Source: an uncultured Verrucomicrobiae bacterium (GTDB lineage Bacteria > Verrucomicrobiota > Verrucomicrobiia > Limisphaerales > Palsa-1400). Taken from it: 64,000 nucleotides of DNA. The stretch spans positions 672,001-736,000 of the forward strand of contig CAVXRD010000003.1 of NCBI GenBank assembly GCA_963764165.1, written 5' to 3'. The notes beneath the pieces are model-generated. The model was not told the origin of the DNA. It worked only from the letters and a program-made list of their open reading frames with translations, and ran no database searches. The position numbers and the translations under genes are program-made. Numbering within the stretch: position 1 is the stretch's first letter; every line of letters starts with the position of its first letter. Shown here in pieces: positions 16,582 to 26,238 of the stretch.

Positions 16582-19006
16582 CTTCCTTTGCTGGATTCGG
16601 AGCGTCGGGAATCACAAACCCCACGTCGACATATTGGCCGCCGGTCGTTTGGTGACAATGCGCCGCCAGCGTGTTGACGCCCGGTTTGAGTGTCGCGATG
16701 GCTTCGGGCCGAAGGTCAAACAGCTCGTACCGCTCAATGAAGCCAGGAAGTTCCGCGGCGAGCACACCGTTGATGTAAACTTGCAAATCCTCGTCGTGAT
16801 GCGCCTCTAATTTCAAGCCGCTCAGGTCGCCCGGGCCGAGGGTGACTTGCCGGCGGAGCCAAATGTCGTCCGTGCTCCACACTGTGTGAACGATGGAGCC
16901 AGGAGTGCCGGATGTGCCAAAACCCGCCACACCTTCCTTCCACGCCGAAGCGTTGAATTCTGGCTTGAACCAATCCGGCCCCGGCGTTTGAAATGTGTAT
17001 TTCCACGAAACATTGCCGGAAACCGCGTCGGGCACGATCACCCGGCCCGGCAAATGATCGCGTCCCGCCACGTTCGCCTCGGCGAGCACTTTGGGCGAGA
17101 GCTTGGCCACCGCGCGATCGTAGCTCAACAGGCCGTTGCATTCGGTTTCCACATCGGTGGTCTGGGTGTAGACTGCCGCGCTCAAGCCGTGCAAGTGATG
17201 CGCGCTCCACACTTGCAGCATGAGGGCGGTGTAGGCTTCGCCCAGACCCTGCGAATCATCCTCCATCTGATAAGCCCAATTGTGATTGGTGGACCAGAGG
17301 TGGCCCTCGGGAATCATGCCAAGCCCGCCGAACTCGCCCACCACCATGGCCCTCCGCCCCTCCGGCTCCAGCGCCGCAGGATCAGGATAGCCGTGGCCGT
17401 CAACAATATCTCCCGCGTGCGTGTCCGCCCAGCCGCTGGCATCATCCGCCAGGCGCGAAGGGTCGAGCGCCTTCAGGGATTGGGTCAGGCGCTGGGTGTC
17501 GTATTGGCCCCACCCTTCGTTGAACAACACCCAGAGGATGATGGACGGGTGGTTGTAAAGGTCTTTGACCATGTGGTTCAATTCCGTCTCAAATTCGCGC
17601 TGCGACTCCGGGGTGGAATTATTGCCGCTCGGCATGTCCTGCCAGACGAGAATCCCGAGCCGGTCGCACCAATAATACCAGCGGTCCGGCTCAATCTTGA
17701 CGTGCTTTCGGATCATGTTGAAGCCGGATGATTTGATGAAATTCAGATCGAATCGAAGCGCTTCATCGGTCGGCGCGGCATAAAGGCCATCGGGCCAGAA
17801 TCCTTGATCCAAAATGCCAATTTGAAATAACGCCTGTTTGTTCAACTGAATGTGCGCAATCCCCTGAGGGTCCTTGCCGAGACCCACCGCGCGCATCGCA
17901 AAATAGCTCACCACATGATCCACCTCCTTGTCCTTCCGCTTCAGCGAAACGCGCAGATCGTAAAGAAACGGAGAATCGGGCGACCAAAGTTTCGGGTTGG
18001 AAATGGGCACCATCAATTCCTTGGTGGCGGGCCCGCTGGCGAATCCGGCTTCCGTCCCGCGTTCGCCAAATGCCGCGGCTTCCACTTGCAGATCGTCATC
18101 CAAACTGTTGACCGTCACGCGCAATTTCAGCGCTTTGCTTTCCACATCGGGCGTCATCGAAATTCCGTCGATGCACACTTCAGGCACGGGCTCGATCCAG
18201 ACGGTTTGCCAGATGCCGGAGGTGGGCGAATAAAAAATCCCCTGCGGGTGCAGCGATTGCTTGCCGCGCGGCTGGTCGCCTTCCGTTTGGTCCTGATCGG
18301 CGACGACGATTTCCTCGGGGCCGTCCCACGTGAGATAGTCTGTGATGTCGAAGGCAAATCGTTCGTAACCGCCGCGATGCTGGCCGACCTCGCGGCCGTT
18401 GACAAAAATCCGGCACTGCCAATCCACCGCGCCGAATTGAATGCGGACGTGCCGGCCTTTCCATTTTTTCGGAATCTCGACAGTCCGCCGATACCAGAGA
18501 ATGGACTGCGCCTCGAGCGGTTTCATCACGCCCGACAAGGCGGATTCGATTGGGAACGGCACCAGGATTTCGCCGTCATAACTCGCAGGCTGGCCCAGCG
18601 TGTTCGTGCGCACCGCGTAATCCCACAAGCCATTCAGATTCTGCCAATCTGCGCGCACCAATTGCGGGCGCGGATATTCAGGATGTGCGTTCGTTGGCGA
18701 AACATCCGCTGCCCATTGCGTCATCAGCGGCGCTTTTTGCGCGTGCCACTCTGCGCTTGTTTCGGCGCGAAGAGCGAAGGCGCACCAAAGCATCACCACG
18801 GCTAAGCCAAAGCGATGCGCATGGATTTGGGAGCGCGACCGCCCCGGTCGCTCTGTCCGGCCCACGCGAAAGCGTCTTCCCAATACTTTGTTCTGATTTC
18901 TCGCCGGACAGTTTGACGGAAGGGTTTTCGGCGGGACGCCGAAAACAGCGGTCGAGACGACCGAGCTCCCCAAAACCACGAATAGCCCGCAACCAAGGCC
19001 GTTCAT
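16556..19006 (-). CDS. Secreted glycoside hydrolase family 2 with a C-terminal galactose-binding-like domain; start uncertain (19006 coupled to the upstream stop, or 18793-18799)
   Basis: EYPRPQL, LNGLWDY, VPFPIESALSG, FGAVDW, LDQGFWPDG, RKHVKIE, NEGWGQ (acid/base), GEFGG (nucleophile). Confidence 0.9.
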   Translation of the reverse strand: MNGLGCGLFVVLGSSVVSTAVFGVPPKTLPSNCPARNQNKVLGRRFRVGRTERPGRSRSQIHAHRFGLAVVMLWCAFALRAETSAEWHAQKAPLMTQWAADVSPTNAHPEYPRPQLVRADWQNLNGLWDYAVRTNTLGQPASYDGEILVPFPIESALSGVMKPLEAQSILWYRRTVEIPKKWKGRHVRIQFGAVDWQCRIFVNGREVGQHRGGYERFAFDITDYLTWDGPEEIVVADQDQTEGDQPRGKQSLHPQGIFYSPTSGIWQTVWIEPVPEVCIDGISMTPDVESKALKLRVTVNSLDDDLQVEAAAFGERGTEAGFASGPATKELMVPISNPKLWSPDSPFLYDLRVSLKRKDKEVDHVVSYFAMRAVGLGKDPQGIAHIQLNKQALFQIGILDQGFWPDGLYAAPTDEALRFDLNFIKSSGFNMIRKHVKIEPDRWYYWCDRLGILVWQDMPSGNNSTPESQREFETELNHMVKDLYNHPSIILWVLFNEGWGQYDTQRLTQSLKALDPSRLADDASGWADTHAGDIVDGHGYPDPAALEPEGRRAMVVGEFGGLGMIPEGHLWSTNHNWAYQMEDDSQGLGEAYTALMLQVWSAHHLHGLSAAVYTQTTDVETECNGLLSYDRAVAKLSPKVLAEANVAGRDHLPGRVIVPDAVSGNVSWKYTFQTPGPDWFKPEFNASAWKEGVAGFGTSGTPGSIVHTVWSTDDIWLRRQVTLGPGDLSGLKLEAHHDEDLQVYINGVLAAELPGFIERYELFDLRPEAIATLKPGVNTLAAHCHQTTGGQYVDVGFVIPDAPNPAKEANPRAAGK
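18826..18975. repeat. ~150-bp multi-hairpin palindromic element (GGAG-type REP doublet)
   Basis: Inverted ends TTTGGGAGCGCG / CGAGCTCCCCAAAA; hairpins GCGACCG-CCC-CGGTCGC, CTGTCCGGC...GCCGGACAG, GTTTTCGGCG-GGA-CGCCGAAAAC and CGGTCG-AGA-CGACCG. Confidence 0.8.
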
Positions 19007-19647
19007 ATCTTGTAAAATTTCACCACCGCCTCCGTGCGCGAGCGAACATGCAATTTTTCGTAGATGCGCCGGATATAATTGCGAACGGTGTGAATGCTGA
19101 CGTCGAGCTGATCGGCGATTTGCTTGTAGGCGAGCCCTTGCGACAAAGCCTGCAAAACCTCCAATTCGCGATGCGACAAATCCGAGGGTTCCGCCCCCGC
19201 CCCGTGCGCCACCGGCGTTTGAAACGAGCGCACCACCTTGCGGGCAATCGAAGTCGACATGGGCGCGCCGCCCGCCATGACTTCGCGAATGGCGTCCAGC
19301 AATTCCTCGGGGCGCTGGCGCTTGAGCAGGTAACCGCTCGCTCCAGCCGCCAGGGCGCGGAAAATTTTTTCCGCATCCTCGAATACTGTCAACATAACAA
19401 CGAGAATGTCTGGCATGAGGGTCTTCAAGGCGCGCACGCACTCGATTCCGTCCGTGGCGTTTTCGCCGAGGTTGATGTCCATCAGGACAACGTCGGGCGG
19501 ATTTTTGGGAATACCGTCGATGGCTTCACGGGCCGTGGCGTAAGAATTGACGCAGCGGAATTCCGGAAAGGCCCGGAGGTAGCCGCCAATATTCTCCCGC
19601 AGGTCAGGAGAATCGTCCACGATGGCGATGGTGATGACCTTGCTCAA
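19003..19647 (-). CDS. NarL/FixJ-family response regulator (REC + LuxR HTH)
   Basis: IAIVDD, VVLMDINL, GASGYLLK, LSHRELEVL...YKQIADQL...IYEKLHV; TTG start overlaps the kinase stop (TTGA). Confidence 0.93.
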   Translation of the reverse strand: MSKVITIAIVDDSPDLRENIGGYLRAFPEFRCVNSYATAREAIDGIPKNPPDVVLMDINLGENATDGIECVRALKTLMPDILVVMLTVFEDAEKIFRALAAGASGYLLKRQRPEELLDAIREVMAGGAPMSTSIARKVVRSFQTPVAHGAGAEPSDLSHRELEVLQALSQGLAYKQIADQLDVSIHTVRNYIRRIYEKLHVRSRTEAVVKFYKI

Positions 19648-22600
19648 GCAACCTCCGTTCTGGCTGAAGCGAGGCCCATTTTCAATTCCACAATTGTTCC
19701 CTGCCCCGGCGCGCTTTGGATGACGCAAGCGCCGCGAACGTCCAGCAAATGCTGCTTCATATTTGTCAAACCGTTGCGGCCCACGCCGACGGTGTGGCCA
19801 TTCCGGCTGTCCGTCGAAAAGCCAACCCCATTGTCGCTCACACGAACTTTCAAGGCGCCCTGCTCCACCTGAATGTGGACTTCCACGCGGGTGGCCCGCG
19901 CGTGCTTGAGCACGTTGCTGAGTGATTCCTCAAAGGCGAGAAAAACGTTGTGGCGATATTCAGCGGACATGTTCAACGAAGGAAAATCGCTCTGCACACG
20001 GACATCGCATTCGATAGGCGTGTCCTGAAAATACTCCGTCGCGTATTGGCTCAAGTAAGATGCGAGATGCTCGAGCGTGTCGTTGCGCGGATTGACGACC
20101 CAGACCATTTCGTCGAGAGCCTTGAGCAAATCGCGCGAGGTGGTGGCAATGGAATTGATCTGGTCGCCCGCCGGGCCGGTGGGTTTGGATTCCACTTTGA
20201 GCCGCTCGCTGAGGAACGAGATTTTCGTCAGCTTCGAGCCGATTTCATCGTGCATGTTGCGGGCGATGCGCATGCGCTCGCGCTCCATCGCCTGCTGCTG
20301 CTCCATGCCCGCCAATTGCGTGATCAAGCGCCGGTGCGTGACGTAGCGCACCGCGCCCGCCGCGGCTCCAGCCGCCGCAAGCGCGGCCAGGGTGAGCACC
20401 CATGGAGCGCGCCACAGCGGCGTGGGAATCACGAAGGCGAGGCTCGCGCCGCTCTCATTCCAGACGCCTTCGCCATTGCACGCTGTCACATGAAAAGTGT
20501 AATTTCCGCTCGGCAGGCGGCCGTAAGAAATGCGGCGGTCTGGCCCCGTGTCCACCCAATCCGCATCGAAATTGTCCAGCTTGTGGCGAAAACGAATTTT
20601 CTCCGGCGCCTCAAAACTAAGCCCCGCCACTTGAATTTCCAAGGATTGCAGGCGCGCGGGAAATTTGATCGGAATTTCCTTCGCGTGGCCGTTCATTTCA
20701 AACGGTGCCTTTTCATTGTTGATGAAAATGGAGTCGATATGAACTTGCGGCGCGGGAACGGCCCCCTCCCATCCGTGTGTGTCAATGCCGACCATTCCGC
20801 CTGCGGTGGCAAACCACAGCCGCCCCTCGCTCGAACGCACCGCCTGCGGCCCGCTCAAACTCAACGCGCGGTCGGGGCCGGGTTCCGTCTCAAACAACAA
20901 TTTTGGTTTCAGCGCGCCGCTCCCGGCGAAGGCCATCGCCACCGAATTGCTGTCGATGCGGCACAGGCCCCGCGAGAGTGACAGCCAGATGTTGTTTTCC
21001 GAATCCGCCACCACCGCGGAGACGGAGTTGTCGAGCAATCCGTCGCGCATGTCCCACGCCAGGCAGCGATCTCCGCGCATGCAGCCAAGTCCGCCGCCCG
21101 CCGTTCCAAACCAGACCGCGTGATCCGCCGATTCACAAATTCCAAGAATCGCTTTGCCGTTGAAACGCGGGTCCAGCCGCTGGACGGTGACGCCATGAAA
21201 AAGTCGATCCCCGCGCAAAAGCGCGCCGCTCTCGGTGCCCACCCAGACTTCGCCTTCCGTTCGGCACAAAATGGCGGTGACGGCGGAGCCCGGCAATCCT
21301 TCCGGCGCGGAATAAGTCGACATTTTTGAGTCGTGAAACAGGTGCAGCATCCCCGCGCGGGTGCCAGCCCACACGGCGCCCTCGGCGTCCGCGCAAACCG
21401 CCAGCACGCAGTCATCAGAAAGCCCGTTGGCGGTGGAATAATTCACCGAATGGCCATCCTTGATGTGATAGAGGCCATTGCCCACGGTGCCGATCCAAAT
21501 GCTGCTGTCCGATGAGGCGCAGACGCTTGCCACCAGTTCTTGCGCGAGGTTCATCGCGTCATCGAGCACACGTTCAAATCTGTCCGCCGTGCTCGCGTAG
21601 AGGCCGCCCGCATCCATTCCGATGTAAACGCGGCCGGTGGAATCCGCCGTCAGGCAAGTCGCCCCGCCGGCCGGCAAACCGTGCGCGCCCGTCAGCAAGG
21701 CGAAGCGCTGCGGACGCAATTGCGCCAGCACGCCGTCGGAAATGCCGAGCCAAAGGTCGCCCTCCCGGTCTTCGCAAATCGTGCGGACGTCGTTGGGCCA
21801 GTGTCCTTCGTTGAGCGTCACCGGCTGAAATTTCGCGCCGTCCAAAGCAAACACGCCGCGCCCGCTCGCGCCAATCCAAAGGCGCCCGCTCCGTCCCTCG
21901 CACATGCTCCAGATGCGCGTCATGGCGGATTTTTCGCCGGGGAAATAATTAATGCGTTGGTTTCCCTTCGTGAGGTTGATCAGGTAGGTCGCGTAGAATG
22001 CCCACAAATTGCCGCGCCGATCTTCATAAGCGCCGAGAAAACCTTCCTGCCGCTCTTTGCCGGTCGTCGGAAATTCGAAGCGCGAGATGTGGCCATCAAT
22101 GTAGCGGCACATGCCACCTGCCGTCGTAATCCAAACAGTCCCCGACCGCGCTGCGTGAACGCTTGAAACCGAATTGTCCGGCAAACCTTCGCGGGTAGTG
22201 AAGGCATCGAACGAACTTCCTTGAAGGCGGTTGACGCCGTGTCTGGTGCCGATCCAGAGGCAGCCCGCGGAATCAAGCGTCAGGCTGGTGACAGCGTTGT
22301 CGAGCAATCCATCGGCCGCCCCAAAATGTTCCACCCGTTCATCCTGCCAGCGAAAAAGGCCGCTCGATTCCGTGCCGATCCACAACGCGCCACGCGCATC
22401 TTCGCATAAAGCCGTGATGGCTGGGTGGCTGGCCGACACCCCTGATGGGAGAGCAATGTGCGTGAACTTCAAGCCATCGAATCTTGCCAGGCCCGCCGCC
22501 GTTCCCACCCAGATATATCCGTCCTCCGTCTGCAAAATGACGCTGACAGAACCGTTCGGCAGTCCGTCGGCCTTGCTCCAGGTCCGGACGGTGAAGTCCC

Positions 22601-22724
22601 GCATCTCCGCCCCGAAATCGTCGGCGCGTGCGCCTGTGGAAAGCAGCAGCATCGTCCCAAGAAAGCATGCGGCCACTGCGGCCAGCCTGATTTGGTTGCG
22701 GACGAACTGTCGTGACATTGGCAT
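19644..22724 (-). CDS. Sensor histidine kinase with periplasmic beta-propeller repeats, Y_Y_Y domain, HisKA_3 and HATPase
   Basis: Repeated DGL..N.V..L..D..G.LWIGT; YGRLPSGNYTFHV; TM helix; ERMRIARNMHDEIGS; ESLSNVLKHA; DNGVGF; GNGL-like GRNGL. Confidence 0.93.
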   Translation of the reverse strand: MPMSRQFVRNQIRLAAVAACFLGTMLLLSTGARADDFGAEMRDFTVRTWSKADGLPNGSVSVILQTEDGYIWVGTAAGLARFDGLKFTHIALPSGVSASHPAITALCEDARGALWIGTESSGLFRWQDERVEHFGAADGLLDNAVTSLTLDSAGCLWIGTRHGVNRLQGSSFDAFTTREGLPDNSVSSVHAARSGTVWITTAGGMCRYIDGHISRFEFPTTGKERQEGFLGAYEDRRGNLWAFYATYLINLTKGNQRINYFPGEKSAMTRIWSMCEGRSGRLWIGASGRGVFALDGAKFQPVTLNEGHWPNDVRTICEDREGDLWLGISDGVLAQLRPQRFALLTGAHGLPAGGATCLTADSTGRVYIGMDAGGLYASTADRFERVLDDAMNLAQELVASVCASSDSSIWIGTVGNGLYHIKDGHSVNYSTANGLSDDCVLAVCADAEGAVWAGTRAGMLHLFHDSKMSTYSAPEGLPGSAVTAILCRTEGEVWVGTESGALLRGDRLFHGVTVQRLDPRFNGKAILGICESADHAVWFGTAGGGLGCMRGDRCLAWDMRDGLLDNSVSAVVADSENNIWLSLSRGLCRIDSNSVAMAFAGSGALKPKLLFETEPGPDRALSLSGPQAVRSSEGRLWFATAGGMVGIDTHGWEGAVPAPQVHIDSIFINNEKAPFEMNGHAKEIPIKFPARLQSLEIQVAGLSFEAPEKIRFRHKLDNFDADWVDTGPDRRISYGRLPSGNYTFHVTACNGEGVWNESGASLAFVIPTPLWRAPWVLTLAALAAAGAAAGAVRYVTHRRLITQLAGMEQQQAMERERMRIARNMHDEIGSKLTKISFLSERLKVESKPTGPAGDQINSIATTSRDLLKALDEMVWVVNPRNDTLEHLASYLSQYATEYFQDTPIECDVRVQSDFPSLNMSAEYRHNVFLAFEESLSNVLKHARATRVEVHIQVEQGALKVRVSDNGVGFSTDSRNGHTVGVGRNGLTNMKQHLLDVRGACVIQSAPGQGTIVELKMGLASARTEVA

Positions 22725-22854
22725 AATTTACCAAAGGTTTGGCCGCAGTCGAACTACAAAGCGCCTGATTACCGCCCCATCAAAATCCGAGGTGATTCGA
22801 GGACGATTCCGCCATCAACCACCGGATTGCGCTTCGGACTTCGCAAACAAATTT

Positions 22855-23125
22855 TAAAAGTGGGTGAGGCGGAAGTGAGATTACGGACTATATACTTTGA
22901 ACGGAGCGCGGCTGTGTCGAAGACCAGCCGCAGCCGCGTCAAACCAAGAGGCGCGTTGGAGAGGGTTCCATGGCCCGCCCACCCAGTTCCGACGTTTGAT
23001 TACGTTTTCCGAAGATCGCCATAAGACGGGTCGTTTTCGGCTGTTTGAAAGCTGCTGCGGCTGGTCTTCGACACAGCCGCGCTCCGCCTGTCGGCTTGCG
23101 TCCATCATCCATTTTCAATCACACC
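22855..23125. mobile_element. REPIN/MITE-like element, family A copy 1 (opposite orientation to copy 2)
   Basis: Perfect 33-bp inverted repeat 22902-22934 / 23054-23086; right end TTTCAATCACACC; left end degenerate (AAAAGTGGGTGA). Confidence 0.85.
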
Positions 23126-23359
23126 TAATGGAGAGCGCCACGAACACGATCCTCAACCTGTTGCCAGGGAACTGCCTGTTCCCGGATCGTTCTGGCAGGC
23201 CTTTAGCCTTGCGTCCAAAACGGCCTTCTCATCCTCGTCTAGCGGGTCGTTCGAGTCGTCCCACTGGCTGCCATCCATCTCCGCGAGAATAACGCGGATT
23301 TCACGGCGTTCTCCCTTGGTCAATTTCTCCAACTCAGCCAGAATCTCAGCTTTGCTCAT
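23125..23359 (-). pseudogene. Addiction-module (TIGR02574-like) antitoxin with a 1-nt frameshift; no toxin partner
   Basis: MSKAEILAELEKLTKGERREI...LDEDEKAVLDARL; removing one base near 23168-23171 extends it to GSSWQQVEDRVRGALH*. Confidence 0.65.
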
Positions 23360-23545
23360 GGGTTGAAATTACAGGTTAAGGAATAATTGTCATCGGTATA
23401 TCCATCCTCGGCTCTCCAGTAATTTCGTTCGAAAACAACGAGCTTTGGCTATTTCGGTTGGGGGGCGAATTGTCGGGACTATGCAAATAATTTTGGCCAA
23501 GGTCGCACCACAAACAGGCATGGCCAACTCGGCAGGCGGCTCCCC

Positions 23546-23608
23546 CTTTGCGATCTTTGCGCCCTTCTGTTAAAAATTCTTAACACTAAGGAAACAAAGG
23601 GAACGAAG
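23546..23608. repeat. Imperfect inverted repeat of 9-nt periodic units
   Basis: CTTTGCGAT CTTTGCGCC CTTCTGTTAA faces TTAACACTAAGGAAACAAAGGGAACGAAG. Confidence 0.55.
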
Positions 23609-23680
23609 AATTTGTCACAAACGGCCGATTTGGCGGCTTCCCGCCCCACTTCCCCTCTGCATTGCCAAGCGCCGCGCTCT

Positions 23681-24730
23681 ATGGCAATACCACTCAAGAT
23701 GAAAGCTGTTCAACTTGTCGCTCACGGCTCGCCGGGACGATTTTCTTTTGCGGATGTTCCTGATCCCATTGCAGCGGACAATGGAGTTATCGTGCGCGTG
23801 CGGGCTTGCGGGTTGAACCGGCTCGATCTTTGGATGGAGGAAGGCGGATTGCCGGTGCCGGTTCAACTGCCGCGCATTCCGGGCGGCGAAATTTCGGGCG
23901 AAATTTTGTCGGTTGGCAGCGGTGTTCAAGATTGGAAAATTGGGGATCGCGTCGCGGTGCAGTCGAATCTTTTTTGCGGGCACTGCGAATTCTGCGAGCG
24001 CGGACAGGAATCCATTTGCCTGCGCGGAAAATTGCTCGGAGTGCAGGAGGATGGCGGATTTGCAGAGCAAGTTGCGGTGCCTGCCAGTTCGCTTGTGCGG
24101 CTGCCGGCGAATCTCGATTTCGCCGCCTCAGCGGGGCTTACCCTGGCAGGCAGCACGGCCATGCACATGCTCACGCAACGCGCGTCGGTCAAAGCAGGCG
24201 ATTGGGTGCTGGCAATGGGCGGAACGAGCGGCGTCGGCTCGGTGGCGATTCAAATTGCGAAGCAACTCGGCGCGCACGTCATCAGCACCGGTTCCACCGA
24301 GGAGAAACGCGCGTTCGCTCTGAGCCTGGGCGCGGACCATGTCGTGGACACCACGAAGAAAGATTGGGCGGCGGACGTCCGCGAAATCACCGGCAAGCGC
24401 GGCGTCGATTTAATCGTCGAGCACATCGGCGGCGATGTTCTGCTCCAATGTTTCACCTGCCTGGCGCGCGGCGGAATCATCGTGACGTGCGGAGCCACTG
24501 CCGGGCGCGAAGTGGCTTTGAAACTCTGGCCGATATTCGTGAAGGAGCAGAAGCTGGTTGGAAGCTACGGACGCACCCGCAAAGACATCCAAGCCGTCCT
24601 CGAATGGGCCGCCGCCGGAAAGATCAAACCCGCCACCACCGAATCCTATCCGCTTGAAAAGACAGCCGAGGCCTTCGCAGCCTTGCGCGGGCGGCGGGTG
24701 ATGGGTAAAGTCATCGTCCAACCAAATTGA
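23681..24730 (+). CDS. Zinc-binding alcohol dehydrogenase / quinone oxidoreductase (MDR family)
   Basis: MKAVQL; GLNRLD; structural Zn motif CGHCEFC-x7-C; GGTSGVG; start 23681 or 23699. Confidence 0.9.
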   Translation: MAIPLKMKAVQLVAHGSPGRFSFADVPDPIAADNGVIVRVRACGLNRLDLWMEEGGLPVPVQLPRIPGGEISGEILSVGSGVQDWKIGDRVAVQSNLFCGHCEFCERGQESICLRGKLLGVQEDGGFAEQVAVPASSLVRLPANLDFAASAGLTLAGSTAMHMLTQRASVKAGDWVLAMGGTSGVGSVAIQIAKQLGAHVISTGSTEEKRAFALSLGADHVVDTTKKDWAADVREITGKRGVDLIVEHIGGDVLLQCFTCLARGGIIVTCGATAGREVALKLWPIFVKEQKLVGSYGRTRKDIQAVLEWAAAGKIKPATTESYPLEKTAEAFAALRGRRVMGKVIVQPN

Positions 24731-24746
24731 CGCGGTTGGATTTTTG

Positions 24747-25793
24747 ATGAATCTCGGTTTTTATAATTTTTACCGCGAGCAAAACCAAAACCGGATGTTC
24801 GAAGAGGGGAAGGTCGAGTTGGGCGACGACCTTGGCTACCCGGGAATCTACATGGCCAAAAAGCTCAGGAGCATGGGCCATAGCGTCGCCACGATCGACA
24901 CCGCTCCCCTGGATTCGTTTGATGCCGTCGTCTTCCTTGATTATCCGACCCGCCTGTTCACTCCGCTTTACCGCGAACTTCTGCGGCGCGGCGACAAGCC
25001 GGTTTATCTCGTCATGTTTGAAAGCCCGGCGATGCGCCCGGACAATTGGTGGCGGCGCAATCATAAGCCGTTCCGCAAGGTCTTCACATGGAACCCGAAT
25101 TGGGTGGACGGCAAAAAATATATCCGGATGTACATGCCGCATAAATTGCCGGACTTTGCGCCATATGCGCCGTCGACCGCGCAGAAATTCTGCTGTTTGA
25201 TTTCGAGCCAAAAATACACGTGGGCCGGGCCGGAGCTTTACACGGAGCGGGTGCGCGCGATTCGATGGTTTGAAAAGAATCATCCGGATGAATTCGATTT
25301 GTACGGTCAGCGCTGGGACCGGTATTATTTCAAATCGAAATTGCTCTCGCCGCTGAACCTTTTTTTGTCGCGGATTTATCGGAGCTGCCCGTGGCTGCCA
25401 AAACAGAACCCGTTCCCCTCCGCGCGCGGCAAAGTCAACTCGAAGAAAGAGGTCCTGCCGAAATACAAGTTTGCGATCTGTTACGAGAACGCCAGTTACC
25501 CCGGCTGGCTGACGGAGAAAGTGCTCGACCCGATGTTTTGCGGCTGCGTGCCGGTATACCTGGGCGATCCAGAAGTGGCAAAGCTCGTGCCGCCCTCGGC
25601 TTTTATCGACAAAAGGAATTTCCCGAACTACGATAAGCTGTATTCCTATATGAAAGGCATGTCGCAAGCCGAATATGAGGGCTACCGGCAGGCCATCCAT
25701 GGATTTGTGCATGGCGATCGGGTCAAGCCGCTGGGCGCGGAAGCGTTCACGGACATGATCATTCGCGAAGTCATCAACGACAAAATCAAGTGA
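24747..25793 (+). CDS. Glycosyltransferase family 10 (alpha-1,3/4-fucosyltransferase-like)
   Basis: KYKFAICYEN...GWLTEKVLDPMFCGCVPVYLG GT10 motif; FDLYG. Confidence 0.85.
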   Translation: MNLGFYNFYREQNQNRMFEEGKVELGDDLGYPGIYMAKKLRSMGHSVATIDTAPLDSFDAVVFLDYPTRLFTPLYRELLRRGDKPVYLVMFESPAMRPDNWWRRNHKPFRKVFTWNPNWVDGKKYIRMYMPHKLPDFAPYAPSTAQKFCCLISSQKYTWAGPELYTERVRAIRWFEKNHPDEFDLYGQRWDRYYFKSKLLSPLNLFLSRIYRSCPWLPKQNPFPSARGKVNSKKEVLPKYKFAICYENASYPGWLTEKVLDPMFCGCVPVYLGDPEVAKLVPPSAFIDKRNFPNYDKLYSYMKGMSQAEYEGYRQAIHGFVHGDRVKPLGAEAFTDMIIREVINDKIK

Positions 25794-26212
25794 ACAAAAT
25801 TTATTCAAAATCCGAACCCGGCAAATTGCTGCACGTGATCGTGGACACGAACGAACCTTTCGATAATCGCCTCGACGTTTCGGAAATCAGCCAGTGGCTG
25901 CAGGTGTCCGTCATCAAAATCCCGGCGGGCAAGAAGGTGAATCCGCACATCCACCAGCCGCGCCAGCCGAATCCGGCTGCGAGCCCGGGCATTACGCAAG
26001 AATGCTGGGTGGTGGTGCGTGGCGAGTTGAAAATCCGGCTCTTTGATCTTGACCAAGCCCTGCTTCACCAGCAAGCCTTGTCGCCCGGAAATTTGCTGGT
26101 GACTTTTTATGGCGGCCATTCGCTGGAATGCCAAAGCGAGGGCGCTGTAATGATCGAGTGCAAGAACGGCCCGTATCTGGGCCGCGATTACAATTCGTTC
26201 GAGCAGGCTTGA
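25790..26212 (+). CDS. WbuC-like cupin-fold protein
   Basis: LQV, PHIH, TQE, GGH, E.KNGPY pattern; sits in a sugar cluster. Confidence 0.75.
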   Translation: MNKIYSKSEPGKLLHVIVDTNEPFDNRLDVSEISQWLQVSVIKIPAGKKVNPHIHQPRQPNPAASPGITQECWVVVRGELKIRLFDLDQALLHQQALSPGNLLVTFYGGHSLECQSEGAVMIECKNGPYLGRDYNSFEQA

Positions 26213-26238
26213 GCCAACGCCAGCGTAAAAGCCGGATT

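Noticed and set aside
19007..19441. N-terminal extension of the 961-aa GH2 ORF
   Set aside because: Overlaps the response regulator in another frame and reads as non-protein-like
22855..23125. Possible CRISPR array from the recurring 30-33-bp sequence
   Set aside because: Copies are inverted pairs dispersed over 16 kb, not direct repeats with unique spacers; no cas genes
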